Assembly: GCA_963837955.1 (NCBI GenBank)
Contig: CAWIPH010000002.1
Span: 2,720,001 to 2,784,000, forward strand
DNA length: 64,000 nucleotides
Source: an uncultured Verrucomicrobiae bacterium
Lineage (GTDB): Bacteria; Verrucomicrobiota; Verrucomicrobiia; Chthoniobacterales; JAFAMB01
Direction of reading: 5' to 3'
The notes under the pieces were generated by a model. It made no database searches. It saw only the letters and a list, made by a program, of their open reading frames with translations, and was not told where the DNA came from. Below are positions 47,383 to 56,861 of this stretch, piece after piece. Position 1 is the stretch's first letter. Every line of letters begins with the position of its first letter. A program made the position numbers and the translations under genes.

Positions 47383-50193
47383 TTACTGGCACGATTCGCA
47401 AACTGTCCCATTACCCTTTGCATCGATCGAACAAAGCGGTGTCTCCTCGGTCGCCGGCTTGCGATCGCGGTTGCCGGAATCGATGGAGGAATTGTTAATC
47501 GTCCGCAGATAGTAGGTGGTCTTTAGGCCTCGCTCCCAAGCTTCTCGGTAAAGGAAGGACGCTTTGCGTGCATCGTTCTCGGCAAGGAAAAGATTTACCG
47601 ATTGCGATTGATCGATCCATTTCTGTCGCACGGCCGCGCACTGAAGAAGCCAGGTTGGCTCGATTTCGAATGCCGTTTTATAAAGCCGCTTCAGATCTTC
47701 TGGTACCCGATCAATCGATTGAACTGAACCGTCGAAATACTTTAAATCAGAAAGCATCTCCGCGTCCCAAAGACCAAGTCTCATCAACTCCTTAACCAGG
47801 AAATCGTTGGTCCGGACAAATTCTCCAGAAAGATTCGATTTAGTGTGAATGTGCTTATAGCTCGGCTCGATGCATGGAGTGCAACCCATGATATTGGAGA
47901 TCGTGGCGGTCGGCGCGATCGCCATACAATTTGAATTGCGCATACCCTGACGCTGGATTTTCGTTCGCAAGCCGTCCCAATCGAGACGCTTCTTACGATC
48001 CACCAGCACCGGCATACGGCGCTCCTGTTCTAGAAGGTCCAGTGTATCAAACGGCAGGATGCCTCGATCCCATTTAGAGCCTTGGTACGATGGATATCTG
48101 CCACGCTCGGCAGCTAAATCACTCGAAGCGCTGTACGCATAGAAGGCGACCGCCTCCACCAACTCGTCATTGAAATCAATGGCAGTGGGATCATCAAATG
48201 GAACACGCTTTCCATAGAGCGCGTCTTGCATCCCCATCACACCAAGTCCGACTGGACGATGGCGCAAATTAGTAAGCTGCGCCGCCTGCACCGGATAGTA
48301 GTTGATGTCGATTACGTTATCGAGCATCCGCATAACACTCGTGACCGTGCCCCGAAGTTTGGCGTGATCGATCGATCCATCCGCAGTGAGATGCGCCGGG
48401 ACATTAATGGAAGCGAGATTGCATACGGCCACCTCTTCGCTGCTCGTATTCAATGTGATCTCGGTACAAAGATTCGAGTTATGGACGACGCCCACGTGAT
48501 CCTGAGGCGAGCGTAGATTGCAGGGATCCTTGAAACTGATCCAGGGATGACCGGTTTCAAATAGTGCCTCCATCATCTTCTTCCAAAGCGCTAAGACACG
48601 AATCTTCTTTCCGTACAATTCGCCTTTATCGACGAGCGCCTCATATTGGAGATAACGTTCCTCAAATTTTTGGCCGTAGAGCTCAGGCAGATCAGGCACT
48701 TCGCTCGTACGGAAAAGTGTCCAAGTAGCCTCCTTCGAAAGTTCTCCCGCGGAGATATCTCGCAGGCGCTTCATGAACAGATCGGGAATCCAGTGCGCCG
48801 TGTTCATGTTATGGGTACGGCGGCGTTCGTCCCCTGTCTCTTTACGCAAATCGATAAAATCCTCGATATCGGCGTGCCAAAGTTCGAGATAACTGCAAAG
48901 TGCACCAGGGCGTTTCCCGCCTTGGTTCACCGCGACGGCGATGTCGTTAGAGACCTTGAGAAATGGAATTACTCCGGACGACTCTCCGTTGGTTCCTTGA
49001 ATATGCGCGCCGCTGCCGCGCACCGCGGTCCAGGAACAACCCAAGCCCCCCGCCCACTTTGATAGCAGTGAAAACCGGGTCCAGGTCTCCGCAATCTCCT
49101 CCATCGAATCACCGCAAAAGAGCAAGTAACAGCTGGACAATTGGGGGCGAAGGGTACCGGAATTAAATAGGGTCGGGGTCGAAGAACAAGCGCGCTTGCT
49201 TTGATAGATGCCGTAGAATTCCTTTGCTCGAGCCTCCCGATCCTGCTCTAGGACGGAGAGCCCCATCGCCACTCGCATCCAAAAAATCTGCGGAGCCTCA
49301 ATCCGCCGGCGCCCGTCGGGTACAGATGAGTCCTTCACGTGAATCAGGTACCGATCATAGAGATTTTGAATACCGATGAAGTCAAATTGCAGGTCCGCGT
49401 ACGGATCGATGGCGTCCGCCAACTCTTTGAGCCGAAACTCGGCCAGTCGAGGATCCAAACGCTTTGCCTCAATCCCTAGCCGGATGTAATTCAGAAATGC
49501 TTTGCGATGGCTTTCTTTGAGTTGATCGATTCCATCCTCGATCTTCCAGGGAAGCGTTTCCTCATAAATGTAAGTAAGGAGAATGCGGGCGGCCAGGAAC
49601 CGGCAGTCGGCATCAACGTCCAACAGATTTTTGGCGTTGAGCACGATCGTCTCGCGCTGCTCTTGCGGCGTAAGCGACATAGAAACGCCGCGGAGCAAGC
49701 GTGCCATGAGCTCATCTTCCGAGACCGTTAGGTCCAGGCCGATTCGAGCAAATGAAAGTCTTGCTCGAAGACCGGCATTGACACTGGGGGTCGATAACTC
49801 CAGTTGCTCTCCGCTTTCGCCAGTCACAACTTTTGTTTCCCGTAACGCCGCGCGACGTGCGCGGTATTTGCCATACGCGAGCGCGACCCGCGCATGGCCT
49901 AGTTCGATCAGCGTGTTCTCGACCAAATCCTGAACTTCCTCGATATGAACGAAAAGTGGGTGTTCTCTTCTTATCCGAATCTCAACCTCTGTTCTGATCT
50001 GTTTGCCAACGGTGAGGTGATCCGCCGATGAACAGGCCGCGTCCACCGCTTTCTCGATCTTATGGCCGAGCCATGGTACCACCCGCGGCTTTTGCAAACT
50101 TGATTGCGCCAGGTCGCGGCGAATCACCCGTGGAAACTCGGCGCTCCCGACGCCGCCGATGTTCTGGGCCAGTTCCGATGTCGATGCGCTCAT
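47383..50193 (-). CDS. nrdA: Class I ribonucleotide reductase alpha subunit with N-terminal ATP cone
   Basis: [37 protein letters not shown] and C-terminal CESCQ. Confidence 0.95.
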   Translation of the reverse strand: MSASTSELAQNIGGVGSAEFPRVIRRDLAQSSLQKPRVVPWLGHKIEKAVDAACSSADHLTVGKQIRTEVEIRIRREHPLFVHIEEVQDLVENTLIELGHARVALAYGKYRARRAALRETKVVTGESGEQLELSTPSVNAGLRARLSFARIGLDLTVSEDELMARLLRGVSMSLTPQEQRETIVLNAKNLLDVDADCRFLAARILLTYIYEETLPWKIEDGIDQLKESHRKAFLNYIRLGIEAKRLDPRLAEFRLKELADAIDPYADLQFDFIGIQNLYDRYLIHVKDSSVPDGRRRIEAPQIFWMRVAMGLSVLEQDREARAKEFYGIYQSKRACSSTPTLFNSGTLRPQLSSCYLLFCGDSMEEIAETWTRFSLLSKWAGGLGCSWTAVRGSGAHIQGTNGESSGVIPFLKVSNDIAVAVNQGGKRPGALCSYLELWHADIEDFIDLRKETGDERRRTHNMNTAHWIPDLFMKRLRDISAGELSKEATWTLFRTSEVPDLPELYGQKFEERYLQYEALVDKGELYGKKIRVLALWKKMMEALFETGHPWISFKDPCNLRSPQDHVGVVHNSNLCTEITLNTSSEEVAVCNLASINVPAHLTADGSIDHAKLRGTVTSVMRMLDNVIDINYYPVQAAQLTNLRHRPVGLGVMGMQDALYGKRVPFDDPTAIDFNDELVEAVAFYAYSASSDLAAERGRYPSYQGSKWDRGILPFDTLDLLEQERRMPVLVDRKKRLDWDGLRTKIQRQGMRNSNCMAIAPTATISNIMGCTPCIEPSYKHIHTKSNLSGEFVRTNDFLVKELMRLGLWDAEMLSDLKYFDGSVQSIDRVPEDLKRLYKTAFEIEPTWLLQCAAVRQKWIDQSQSVNLFLAENDARKASFLYREAWERGLKTTYYLRTINNSSIDSGNRDRKPATEETPLCSIDAKGNGTVCESCQ

Positions 50194-50217
50194 AATGGTG
50201 CTCTCCAGTTCTGGGCA

Positions 50218-51351
50218 CTAGATCAGGTCGTCCTCATTAGCGTTTTTCACGCTGCCGCCGGTCTGATATTCGGTGACGCGTGTCTCGAAGAAGTTCTTTT
50301 CTTTTTTTAGGAACATCACTTCGTCGAGCCATAAAAACGGGTTGTTCTTTACGCCGGAGAGCGGAGGCAGACCCAGGCTAATCAGGCGGCGGTCCGCATT
50401 GTAATCAACGTAATCGCCGAAGTCTTTCTGGGTTAAGCCGACAAAGTCTTCCGGCAAACAATCGACAACAAACTCCTTCTCCAATTGCACCCCTTCACGC
50501 ATAAAATCGATCAGCTCTTGCCGAAACTCCTCGGTCCACACATCTGGATTTTCTTTGATCAGCTCCTGCAGCAAATAACGACCCAACGCGATGTGATTCG
50601 ATTCGTCTCGTAGCGTATATTGAAACATCTGACCGATGCCGGTCATCTTGTTCTGTCGATGGAGACACAAGATCATAGCAAAGAGCGCATAGAACTGCGT
50701 CCCTTCCATCACCTGCGTGATTCCAAACAGCGCTTTGGCAAACTTCTGTTTAGTAGCCGTCCGGGTTAAATCCAGACCCATTTTGAGTTCCGGCATGTGG
50801 CGCGTGATAAATGCATTCTTGTGCCGGATGGAGGGGATATCCTCGAATTTGGCCGTCACCTCGTCCAAATCGATGTTCAAACTCCCTAAAATGTGGAGCA
50901 GCGAATCCATATGGATCGATTCTTCGGCGATTTGCCGGAGTGCCGCATGTTTCAACTCAGCCGCCGTCAGGTTCTCTTCAATGACATGCAGGACACTGTC
51001 GCCCACGATCCCTTCGGCTGCGGAAAAGTAGCCGACTCCCATTTCGATAATCCACCGCTCTTTGTGATTGAGCTTGGACGAATTCCACAATGTACAATCC
51101 TTCGTCATATCGATGACATCAGGCTCCCAGTGGTTTGCCTTCATCTGCTTGTAGATGCGATATGCCTCGTGGTACTTCAGCGGCAGAATGTTCAGTTCAG
51201 CCGAGCGAAGGCCATTGATTACTCGCTTGCCCTCGAGCCGCTGGCGGGCTCTCTCCTTGTTCAGGCGGAATGTTTTGTTTTGGAAGGTATAGACTACCTC
51301 CCCCTTCTCTTTCGAGATCGCTTCTTTAAAAGTTGATGATGTCTCGGTCAT
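50218..51351 (-). CDS. nrdB: Class I ribonucleotide reductase beta subunit with class Ic signature
   Basis: FSAAEG, EESIHMDSL, MEG..FY, RDESNH and KNFFETRVTEYQ. Confidence 0.92.
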   Translation of the reverse strand: MTETSSTFKEAISKEKGEVVYTFQNKTFRLNKERARQRLEGKRVINGLRSAELNILPLKYHEAYRIYKQMKANHWEPDVIDMTKDCTLWNSSKLNHKERWIIEMGVGYFSAAEGIVGDSVLHVIEENLTAAELKHAALRQIAEESIHMDSLLHILGSLNIDLDEVTAKFEDIPSIRHKNAFITRHMPELKMGLDLTRTATKQKFAKALFGITQVMEGTQFYALFAMILCLHRQNKMTGIGQMFQYTLRDESNHIALGRYLLQELIKENPDVWTEEFRQELIDFMREGVQLEKEFVVDCLPEDFVGLTQKDFGDYVDYNADRRLISLGLPPLSGVKNNPFLWLDEVMFLKKEKNFFETRVTEYQTGGSVKNANEDDLI

Positions 51352-51542
51352 AATCTTCGCAGGTGCCCGCCACGGCACGTTTGTTCGTCGAACCTCGAGA
51401 AGACAAAAAGACCTTCAATAAGCCCGATCGGGAAAATTGAAGGTATTGGAGCAACCGGCGGGGTTGCGAAAAAGACATTCAAATTCCCATCCTGTCTTTG
51501 GCGAGACAGATGCCTCGACCCCTCGGCCGCGGACTTGATGAG

Positions 51543-51714
51543 CATGAAAAAGCAGGTCTTCTGACTTCGAGATCGTCCTACCAATCCCGCCTTACCGTGC
51601 TCCCGCACAGTGGCTTTATGAGATCTTCGTCCCTCGTTACAGCGGCGCTACCGCACAGGATTTACACCTGTTTCCCTATTCTCCTCTAAGCATGATTAGA
51701 GGCACTTTTTCATG
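51543..51714 (-). ncRNA. Cobalamin riboswitch
   Basis: Minus strand reads AATAGGGAA..GGTGTAAATCC, CCGCTGTAA, GCCACTG and B12-box AGTCAGAAGACCTGC; P1 arms CATGAAAAAG and CTTTTTCATG. Confidence 0.9.
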
Positions 51715-51720
51715 GTTATA

Positions 51721-51767
51721 CCACAATATGTAGTGGTAGTTTCAAAGAACTACACTTCTAATAGAGG
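51721..51767. promoter_or_regulatory. NrdR boxes (strong at 51721-51736, degenerate at 51752-51767)
   Basis: CCACAATATGTAGTGG matches the ACACWATATATWGTGT consensus; a weaker box starts 31 bp away. Confidence 0.75.
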
Positions 51768-51809
51768 TGTGCGGCGATCGCGTCAACCTAAATTATCAGG
51801 CTTTTGTTG

Positions 51810-51950
51810 GTACGCCATGATGCTCCAGCATCAGGGAGGGTGTGATCGGTGAAAGGTGATTGGTGATCAGTGATCAGTCATAGGCGATGATAGATTTCTG
51901 CCGAGGGCTCGCCGATGGGCATCCACCAATCACTTCTCACGATCGCAGCG
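51810..51950. repeat. Composite family D+C element
   Basis: TGATGCTCCAGCATCAGG hairpin, GTGATYR heptamers, and core GATTTCTGCCGAGGGCTCGCCGATGGGCATCCACCAATCAC shared with 36902-37020. Confidence 0.8.
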
Positions 51951-52065
51951 GGCAGGGTTTCGCTCGCCGCGACTTATCCTTCGTTCTGGCCAACAAAATG
52001 GTCGCACACGGACTTTCAATCATGTTGGTCCTTGACCAGCAGCAAACGTCCGCTTTGAGTCGATC

Positions 52066-52815
52066 GTGATGAATCGTTTTGTTGATCAAGTCGCGGTTAT
52101 CACCGGCGCCGGTCGAGGAATTGGACAAGCTATCGCCGAACGCCTTGCCGCGGAAGGTGCCCGAGTTGCCGTCGTGAGTCGCACACTAGAAAATGCCCGG
52201 AAAACAGCCAGTCAGCTCAATCAAAACAAACCCGAAACGGCTTTGGCTTACGCCGTCGATGTGGCCGACGGTGAGGCAGTCGCCGATCTTTGTGATCAGA
52301 TTTTAAAGACCTTTGGCAAGGTGCACGTCCTGGTCAACAATGCCGGAATTACCCGGGATCGGTTGAGCATGCGAATGGCCGAGCAAGATTGGGATTCAGT
52401 TCTCGATACCAACTTGAAAGGCGCATTTCATTTCATCCACAATCTGCAACGACCGATGATGAAACAATCCTACGGCCGAATCGTTAACATTAGCTCGGTC
52501 AGCGGTTTGATCGGACAGGCGGGTCAAGTTAATTACTCGGCTAGCAAAGCCGGCCTTATCGGACTTACCAAGGCGCTCGCGCGGGAAATCTCCGGCCGCA
52601 AAGTGACTGTGAACGCTATAGCGCCGGGGTTTATCTCAACGGATATGACAGCGCATCTACCCGAAAATCTGCGGGAAGAGTTAAGAAAACTAATCCCACT
52701 CGGAGTCTTTGGCGAAAGTGCAGATGTTGCTGCCGCGGTCGCGTTCATTGCAAGTCCAGAAGCGAAATACATTACAGGCCAAGTGCTCACCGTCGACGGC
52801 GGGATGGTGATGTAG
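52066..52815 (+). CDS. fabG: 3-oxoacyl-ACP reductase
   Basis: TGAGRGIG, NNAGITRD, NYSASKAG, APGFI and YITGQVLTVDGG. Confidence 0.9.
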   Translation: MMNRFVDQVAVITGAGRGIGQAIAERLAAEGARVAVVSRTLENARKTASQLNQNKPETALAYAVDVADGEAVADLCDQILKTFGKVHVLVNNAGITRDRLSMRMAEQDWDSVLDTNLKGAFHFIHNLQRPMMKQSYGRIVNISSVSGLIGQAGQVNYSASKAGLIGLTKALAREISGRKVTVNAIAPGFISTDMTAHLPENLREELRKLIPLGVFGESADVAAAVAFIASPEAKYITGQVLTVDGGMVM

Positions 52816-52931
52816 CCCGGAAGTTGGTGTTTGCTGTTCTGAGTTAGCGGCTTTGCCGCCCAGTATGTGCATGCGGTCCGCCGAACAGTAGGGCGAGCGC
52901 CCGGGGCGGTATCCGTCGTCGAGACGTCGGA

Positions 52932-52967
52932 GGGACTCATGGGTCGCATGGGACTTATGAGTCCCAT
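52932..52967. repeat. Family A nonamer hairpin, copy 4
   Basis: gggactcat gggtcgcat gggacttat gagtcccat, between convergent genes. Confidence 0.8.
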
Positions 52968-52998
52968 TATTCACCGCACTCGCTTGTTTAGAGCGGGC

Positions 52999-53931
52999 TC
53001 AATACAACATCGCATCTTGCGGAGGATCGGTCGGCTCGATCTTGACAGCCTTAAAAGTAACCTTGGCTTTTGGGCCGCCATTCTCCACAAACTCTGCTGT
53101 CCCAATAACCTTGACCCATGACATATCGGCAATGGAAACCGGGTCTTCCACCTGTACTGGAACAGCGATAGGACGAGCATCGGCCGCACAGCAAACGATT
53201 AGCATGCGAACGATCTTAAACTCATTCGGTTTCGCTCCTGGCAGAAACTGGCCGACAACCTCGATAGTCTTGCCGGCGAACTCTTTTCTTAGGCTCTCCT
53301 CGCTTTCGCCATAGAGGAGATCTGTTACCTCGAGCATCACGTTTCCATCTGCCGCTCGTGGGAGGTATTGCTCGCTTCCATCGTCCGGATTGCCGCCGGT
53401 CTGGGCCGGATCATTTGCCCTCGCGAGATCTTTGGGCGGCGCGCCTGATGAACCCTGATCTTGCGGCAACGGCGGCTCGGCCGATGCTCGTTCATCCTGA
53501 TCGGCACCCAATGCGCCTGGCGGAATTGTCTGCGGCAGAGTGGTTGACCCAATCGGGTTGCGGGTGGGCAACTTGCTGACGTCTTGAACGAATCCGCGAT
53601 TCAAAACGACCTGCTTGTCATATCCGTCCTTCGACAGATAAGTACCGGTCGCTAACGGTAAAACAATCACTCCAAAAGCCGTCGCCGCTCGCCACGGACT
53701 TTGCCGATTCGTGTGTACGCACTCGCCATCGACGCAACAGTCCATCGACTTTTTCGCCATTAGGTAAACCGTTCCCGCGATGCAAAAAGCGATTCCCCCA
53801 ATTAACACCCAAGGCCGAAACTGCGGATGCAAATACTGATCGATTCTCCCCTTCAGACAGAAACTGATCAAGACTCCACCGAGCCCAAGCAGGGTTATCC
53901 CATTTAGAAATTTAGTAGCCCAAAGCCGCAT
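52999..53931 (-). CDS. TIGR03943/DUF1980 (YcgQ-like) permease-associated protein
   Basis: G.IDQYLHP, R..IVCCAADA and WVKVIG; paired with a DUF318 permease. Confidence 0.85.
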   Translation of the reverse strand: MRLWATKFLNGITLLGLGGVLISFCLKGRIDQYLHPQFRPWVLIGGIAFCIAGTVYLMAKKSMDCCVDGECVHTNRQSPWRAATAFGVIVLPLATGTYLSKDGYDKQVVLNRGFVQDVSKLPTRNPIGSTTLPQTIPPGALGADQDERASAEPPLPQDQGSSGAPPKDLARANDPAQTGGNPDDGSEQYLPRAADGNVMLEVTDLLYGESEESLRKEFAGKTIEVVGQFLPGAKPNEFKIVRMLIVCCAADARPIAVPVQVEDPVSIADMSWVKVIGTAEFVENGGPKAKVTFKAVKIEPTDPPQDAMLY

Positions 53932-54874
53932 AGAGATAAGGCAAAATGAACGCTGAAATTATTCCGACCAGCACAAAAAGTCCAATTCCCAGAAGCGCAA
54001 CGAACCGCTTTCGAAACAAGACACTGTATAGGAAGCAGAGTTTCAAATCAAACATCGGACCAAAAACAAGAAAGGCCATCCGCGCCGCAACGGGAAAACT
54101 GACGAACGTGGCTGCGATGAAAGCGTCAGAAGTACTGCACAGGGTCAGAATAGCCGAGAAACCCATCATCGAAGCCGTGGACAAAACAGCGTTACTCGCC
54201 AGCGGCAAAATCACCTTTTGATCGACTGCGGTATTGAAAACCGCGGCCACGGCCGCTCCGATCATAAAATAGATGGCGGTATCGATGAAATCTTCACTAG
54301 CGAGCTGGATCGCCGCGATCAGCCGCTGGATGAAAGTCGCGCTAGCGTTATCGGCGGCAGCTTCCGGCAACGAAGCAATACTGAGGACGGCTCGCCGCCG
54401 CAACGCGGCCCGTCCGCTGCCGCTCCGCAGGACTCTCGCCGGATTGACTCTTATCACGCACAAGCCCACTACGACCGCCACGGTGTAACCGGAGACCAAC
54501 CGGATCGCAGTATTCCACTCTGGCGCTTGACCGCGAAAGGCCGCGTAGGTGCTGATGATCACCAACGGGTTCACTATGGGTGATGCCAGCATATAGGTGA
54601 CTCCACAAGAAAACGGCAATCCCTTATCCAAGAGGCGGCGAACAACCGGAACAATGCCACATTCACAGACCGGAAAAATCAACCCGAGAAGCCCGCTCAT
54701 CAGGTTAGCGAGCAGATGGTTCTTCGGCAAAAACCGGGTGATCATTCGAGAAGGCACGAAGGCTGCAATCACGCCGGAGACGAGAGCGCCCACTAACACA
54801 AACGGCAATCCCTCGAATGCCAATGCGAGATAGGAAAACCAAAAATTTTGCCAGCTAAAACTAAACCAGCTCAT
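53912..54874 (-). CDS. DUF318 (YcgR/ArsP-like) permease
   Basis: PVCECGIVP, LASPIVNP, LCSTSDAF and GPMFDLK. Confidence 0.88.
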   Translation of the reverse strand: MSWFSFSWQNFWFSYLALAFEGLPFVLVGALVSGVIAAFVPSRMITRFLPKNHLLANLMSGLLGLIFPVCECGIVPVVRRLLDKGLPFSCGVTYMLASPIVNPLVIISTYAAFRGQAPEWNTAIRLVSGYTVAVVVGLCVIRVNPARVLRSGSGRAALRRRAVLSIASLPEAAADNASATFIQRLIAAIQLASEDFIDTAIYFMIGAAVAAVFNTAVDQKVILPLASNAVLSTASMMGFSAILTLCSTSDAFIAATFVSFPVAARMAFLVFGPMFDLKLCFLYSVLFRKRFVALLGIGLFVLVGIISAFILPYLYAALGY

Positions 54875-54953
54875 TCAATCGATTGCTTCGGCGTCTCAGC
54901 CATGGTGTCCGACCCAAGCACGCTCCGATAGCCGAAGCAAATCGCCAAGCAAA

Positions 54954-55835
54954 CTATGCGGGGCGCCGGGCGTTCCAGCCGCACAGGAAATTTTCCACCA
55001 ATTCGGGCAATCGGTTGCTGTAGCCACCTTCCAGAATGGCCATCGCCCGAACCCCCGTCTGGTCGAGCCAGTGCCCGAAATGGTAGAAGTCATCTATTTC
55101 GAGGGAAAGATCGGTCAGCGGATCTTCTCGATAGGAGTCGAATCCAGCGGATACCAGAATCAGATCCGGACGAAACTCTAGAAGTCGATCCAATGACTCA
55201 TGCACTTTCGCAGCATGTACCTCTCGTGGGGTGAGCGGAGCAACTGGCCAATTATAAATGTTTTCGAACGAGCTTGTCCCGGTTCCAGGGTAGCCGGGGT
55301 ACTGATGGACAGACCCGAAGCGGATTTGCTGGTGACCGCGGACAATAGCTTCAGTACCGTTCCCGTGGTGCGCATCAAAATCCCAAATTGCCACCCGATC
55401 ACATCCAGAAGCGAGCGCTCGGAACGCGGCGATCGCGACGGAGTTAAAGTAGCAGAAACCCATCGCTTGATCTCTCGTCGCGTGATGACCCGGCGGGCGA
55501 AGTAAGGAAAACGGCTTTTCTCCTTTCAAAGCACACTCCACCGCGAGTAAGGCGCCACCGGCGGAGCGACGCGCGTGCTCCTCAATTCTCGGGTAGTAAG
55601 GAGTATCAGCATCAAAATCTTCGGACTTGGTGAACCGTTGGAGATGGGCAACCGAGTGTGCTCTGAGCAAATCTTGGTTATCAGCAAGATAAGGTGCTTT
55701 CCACGTAATTTCCGGGAATGCTTCACGGAGTCGGGGTTCCGTCATGGAAAGCCGTTCGGGGCGCTCAGGGTGCCATGGCTGGCCAAACTCAGTCGCCGCC
55801 TCGTCGTAAATAATTGTCATCACCGTCCGGCTCAA
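54954..55835 (-). CDS. Histone deacetylase-family Zn-dependent amidohydrolase
   Basis: HPERPERL, RPPGHHA, GFCYFN, DFDAHHGNGT, SAGFD and EGGY. Confidence 0.92.
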   Translation of the reverse strand: MSRTVMTIIYDEAATEFGQPWHPERPERLSMTEPRLREAFPEITWKAPYLADNQDLLRAHSVAHLQRFTKSEDFDADTPYYPRIEEHARRSAGGALLAVECALKGEKPFSLLRPPGHHATRDQAMGFCYFNSVAIAAFRALASGCDRVAIWDFDAHHGNGTEAIVRGHQQIRFGSVHQYPGYPGTGTSSFENIYNWPVAPLTPREVHAAKVHESLDRLLEFRPDLILVSAGFDSYREDPLTDLSLEIDDFYHFGHWLDQTGVRAMAILEGGYSNRLPELVENFLCGWNARRPA

Positions 55836-55865
55836 TCAAAGCTCATCCGAAATTCCGAGGAACCT

Positions 55866-56489
55866 CTAACCCGGCTCGGGCTCGCTGAGCACCTTGTTTG
55901 GTGGTTCCGAATTAAACGCAGTAACCAGGTCGGTTATCGCCTTCTCGATCAGGTGAATTACATTTCTTAGGTCCTCGGCCTCTGGTCTTCCTGCATCTTC
56001 GAGCTTCTGCCTCACATTCTCAGCAGCGAACGATGCCGCTAGTAAATCACCGCTTACGTTGTCATGAACGATCTGCTGAGACCGTTGTCGTTCTTCATTT
56101 TGACCGATTACGTATCCCCGCGCGTACTCTTCTATTCCCCGGTTCCCAGAGGCATGGTCTAAGATAATCAGAATAAATCCATCTTCGCGCTGCACCGAGC
56201 GTCCTAAAATCTGCCGCTCATGCCCAGGAATTCGAATGACACAATCCGTGAAAGGGCTTGGTGGCAACGAGTCTTCAGAGCGGGGCGGTTCCAATGCAAT
56301 GGTTCCGTCTGGTATGATGATATTGCGCAGCTCAACCTTTTTCATCTCACTCTCCTCAAGACCCAGTCGTTCCGCAAAAGAGAGGTTCCAAAGGGTGACG
56401 GCGTCCTTAGAAGTATGTCCGACCGCGGTCGCGACCTGAAATTTATCAAGTTCGGAACAAATCTTTCGCAGGCCAGCTGAGATAACCAT
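55866..56489 (-). CDS. PAS-like plus HisKA_3 protein lacking HATPase
   Basis: WN.SFAE.LG PAS-like start; EERQRSQQIVHDNVSGDL NarX-type H-box; the protein ends after the DHp helices. Confidence 0.6.
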   Translation of the reverse strand: MVISAGLRKICSELDKFQVATAVGHTSKDAVTLWNLSFAERLGLEESEMKKVELRNIIIPDGTIALEPPRSEDSLPPSPFTDCVIRIPGHERQILGRSVQREDGFILIILDHASGNRGIEEYARGYVIGQNEERQRSQQIVHDNVSGDLLAASFAAENVRQKLEDAGRPEAEDLRNVIHLIEKAITDLVTAFNSEPPNKVLSEPEPG

Positions 56490-56861
56490 ATTTTGTCAAA
56501 ACCCCTCTTTCGCATCCCTTGTGGTTCGCCTTGGTATACGCGCGGGATCGCTGATCGCCAAGTATTCGATTCGATTTTGTGGATGCATTTGGTGCGCGTC
56601 TCCTTGGACCGATCGATGGGTTGTCTAGCTCGCGCGTGCTTGGTCAACAATAGCGGCGATTGCAAACGCTATTCGCAGAAACCCTTTCCGCCGGACGTCT
56701 ATTTCCATTGCTCTCTTATCGACTCAAATGCTGAATCCAGGGTTACGCGTTGCCGAAAAGCGGAGATACAAGCTTGCACACCGCGCATGGACGGTCTTCA
56801 TTCCCGCCTGATCGGACCCAGTGGCGATCAGCTTAAACTCACCGCTGCTTTTTGTATTGCC

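Noticed and set aside
56493..56861. 123-aa N-terminal extension of the first S9 peptidase
   Set aside because: It would leave no promoter space for two divergent genes, and similarity to the paralog begins only near IPLRDFF.
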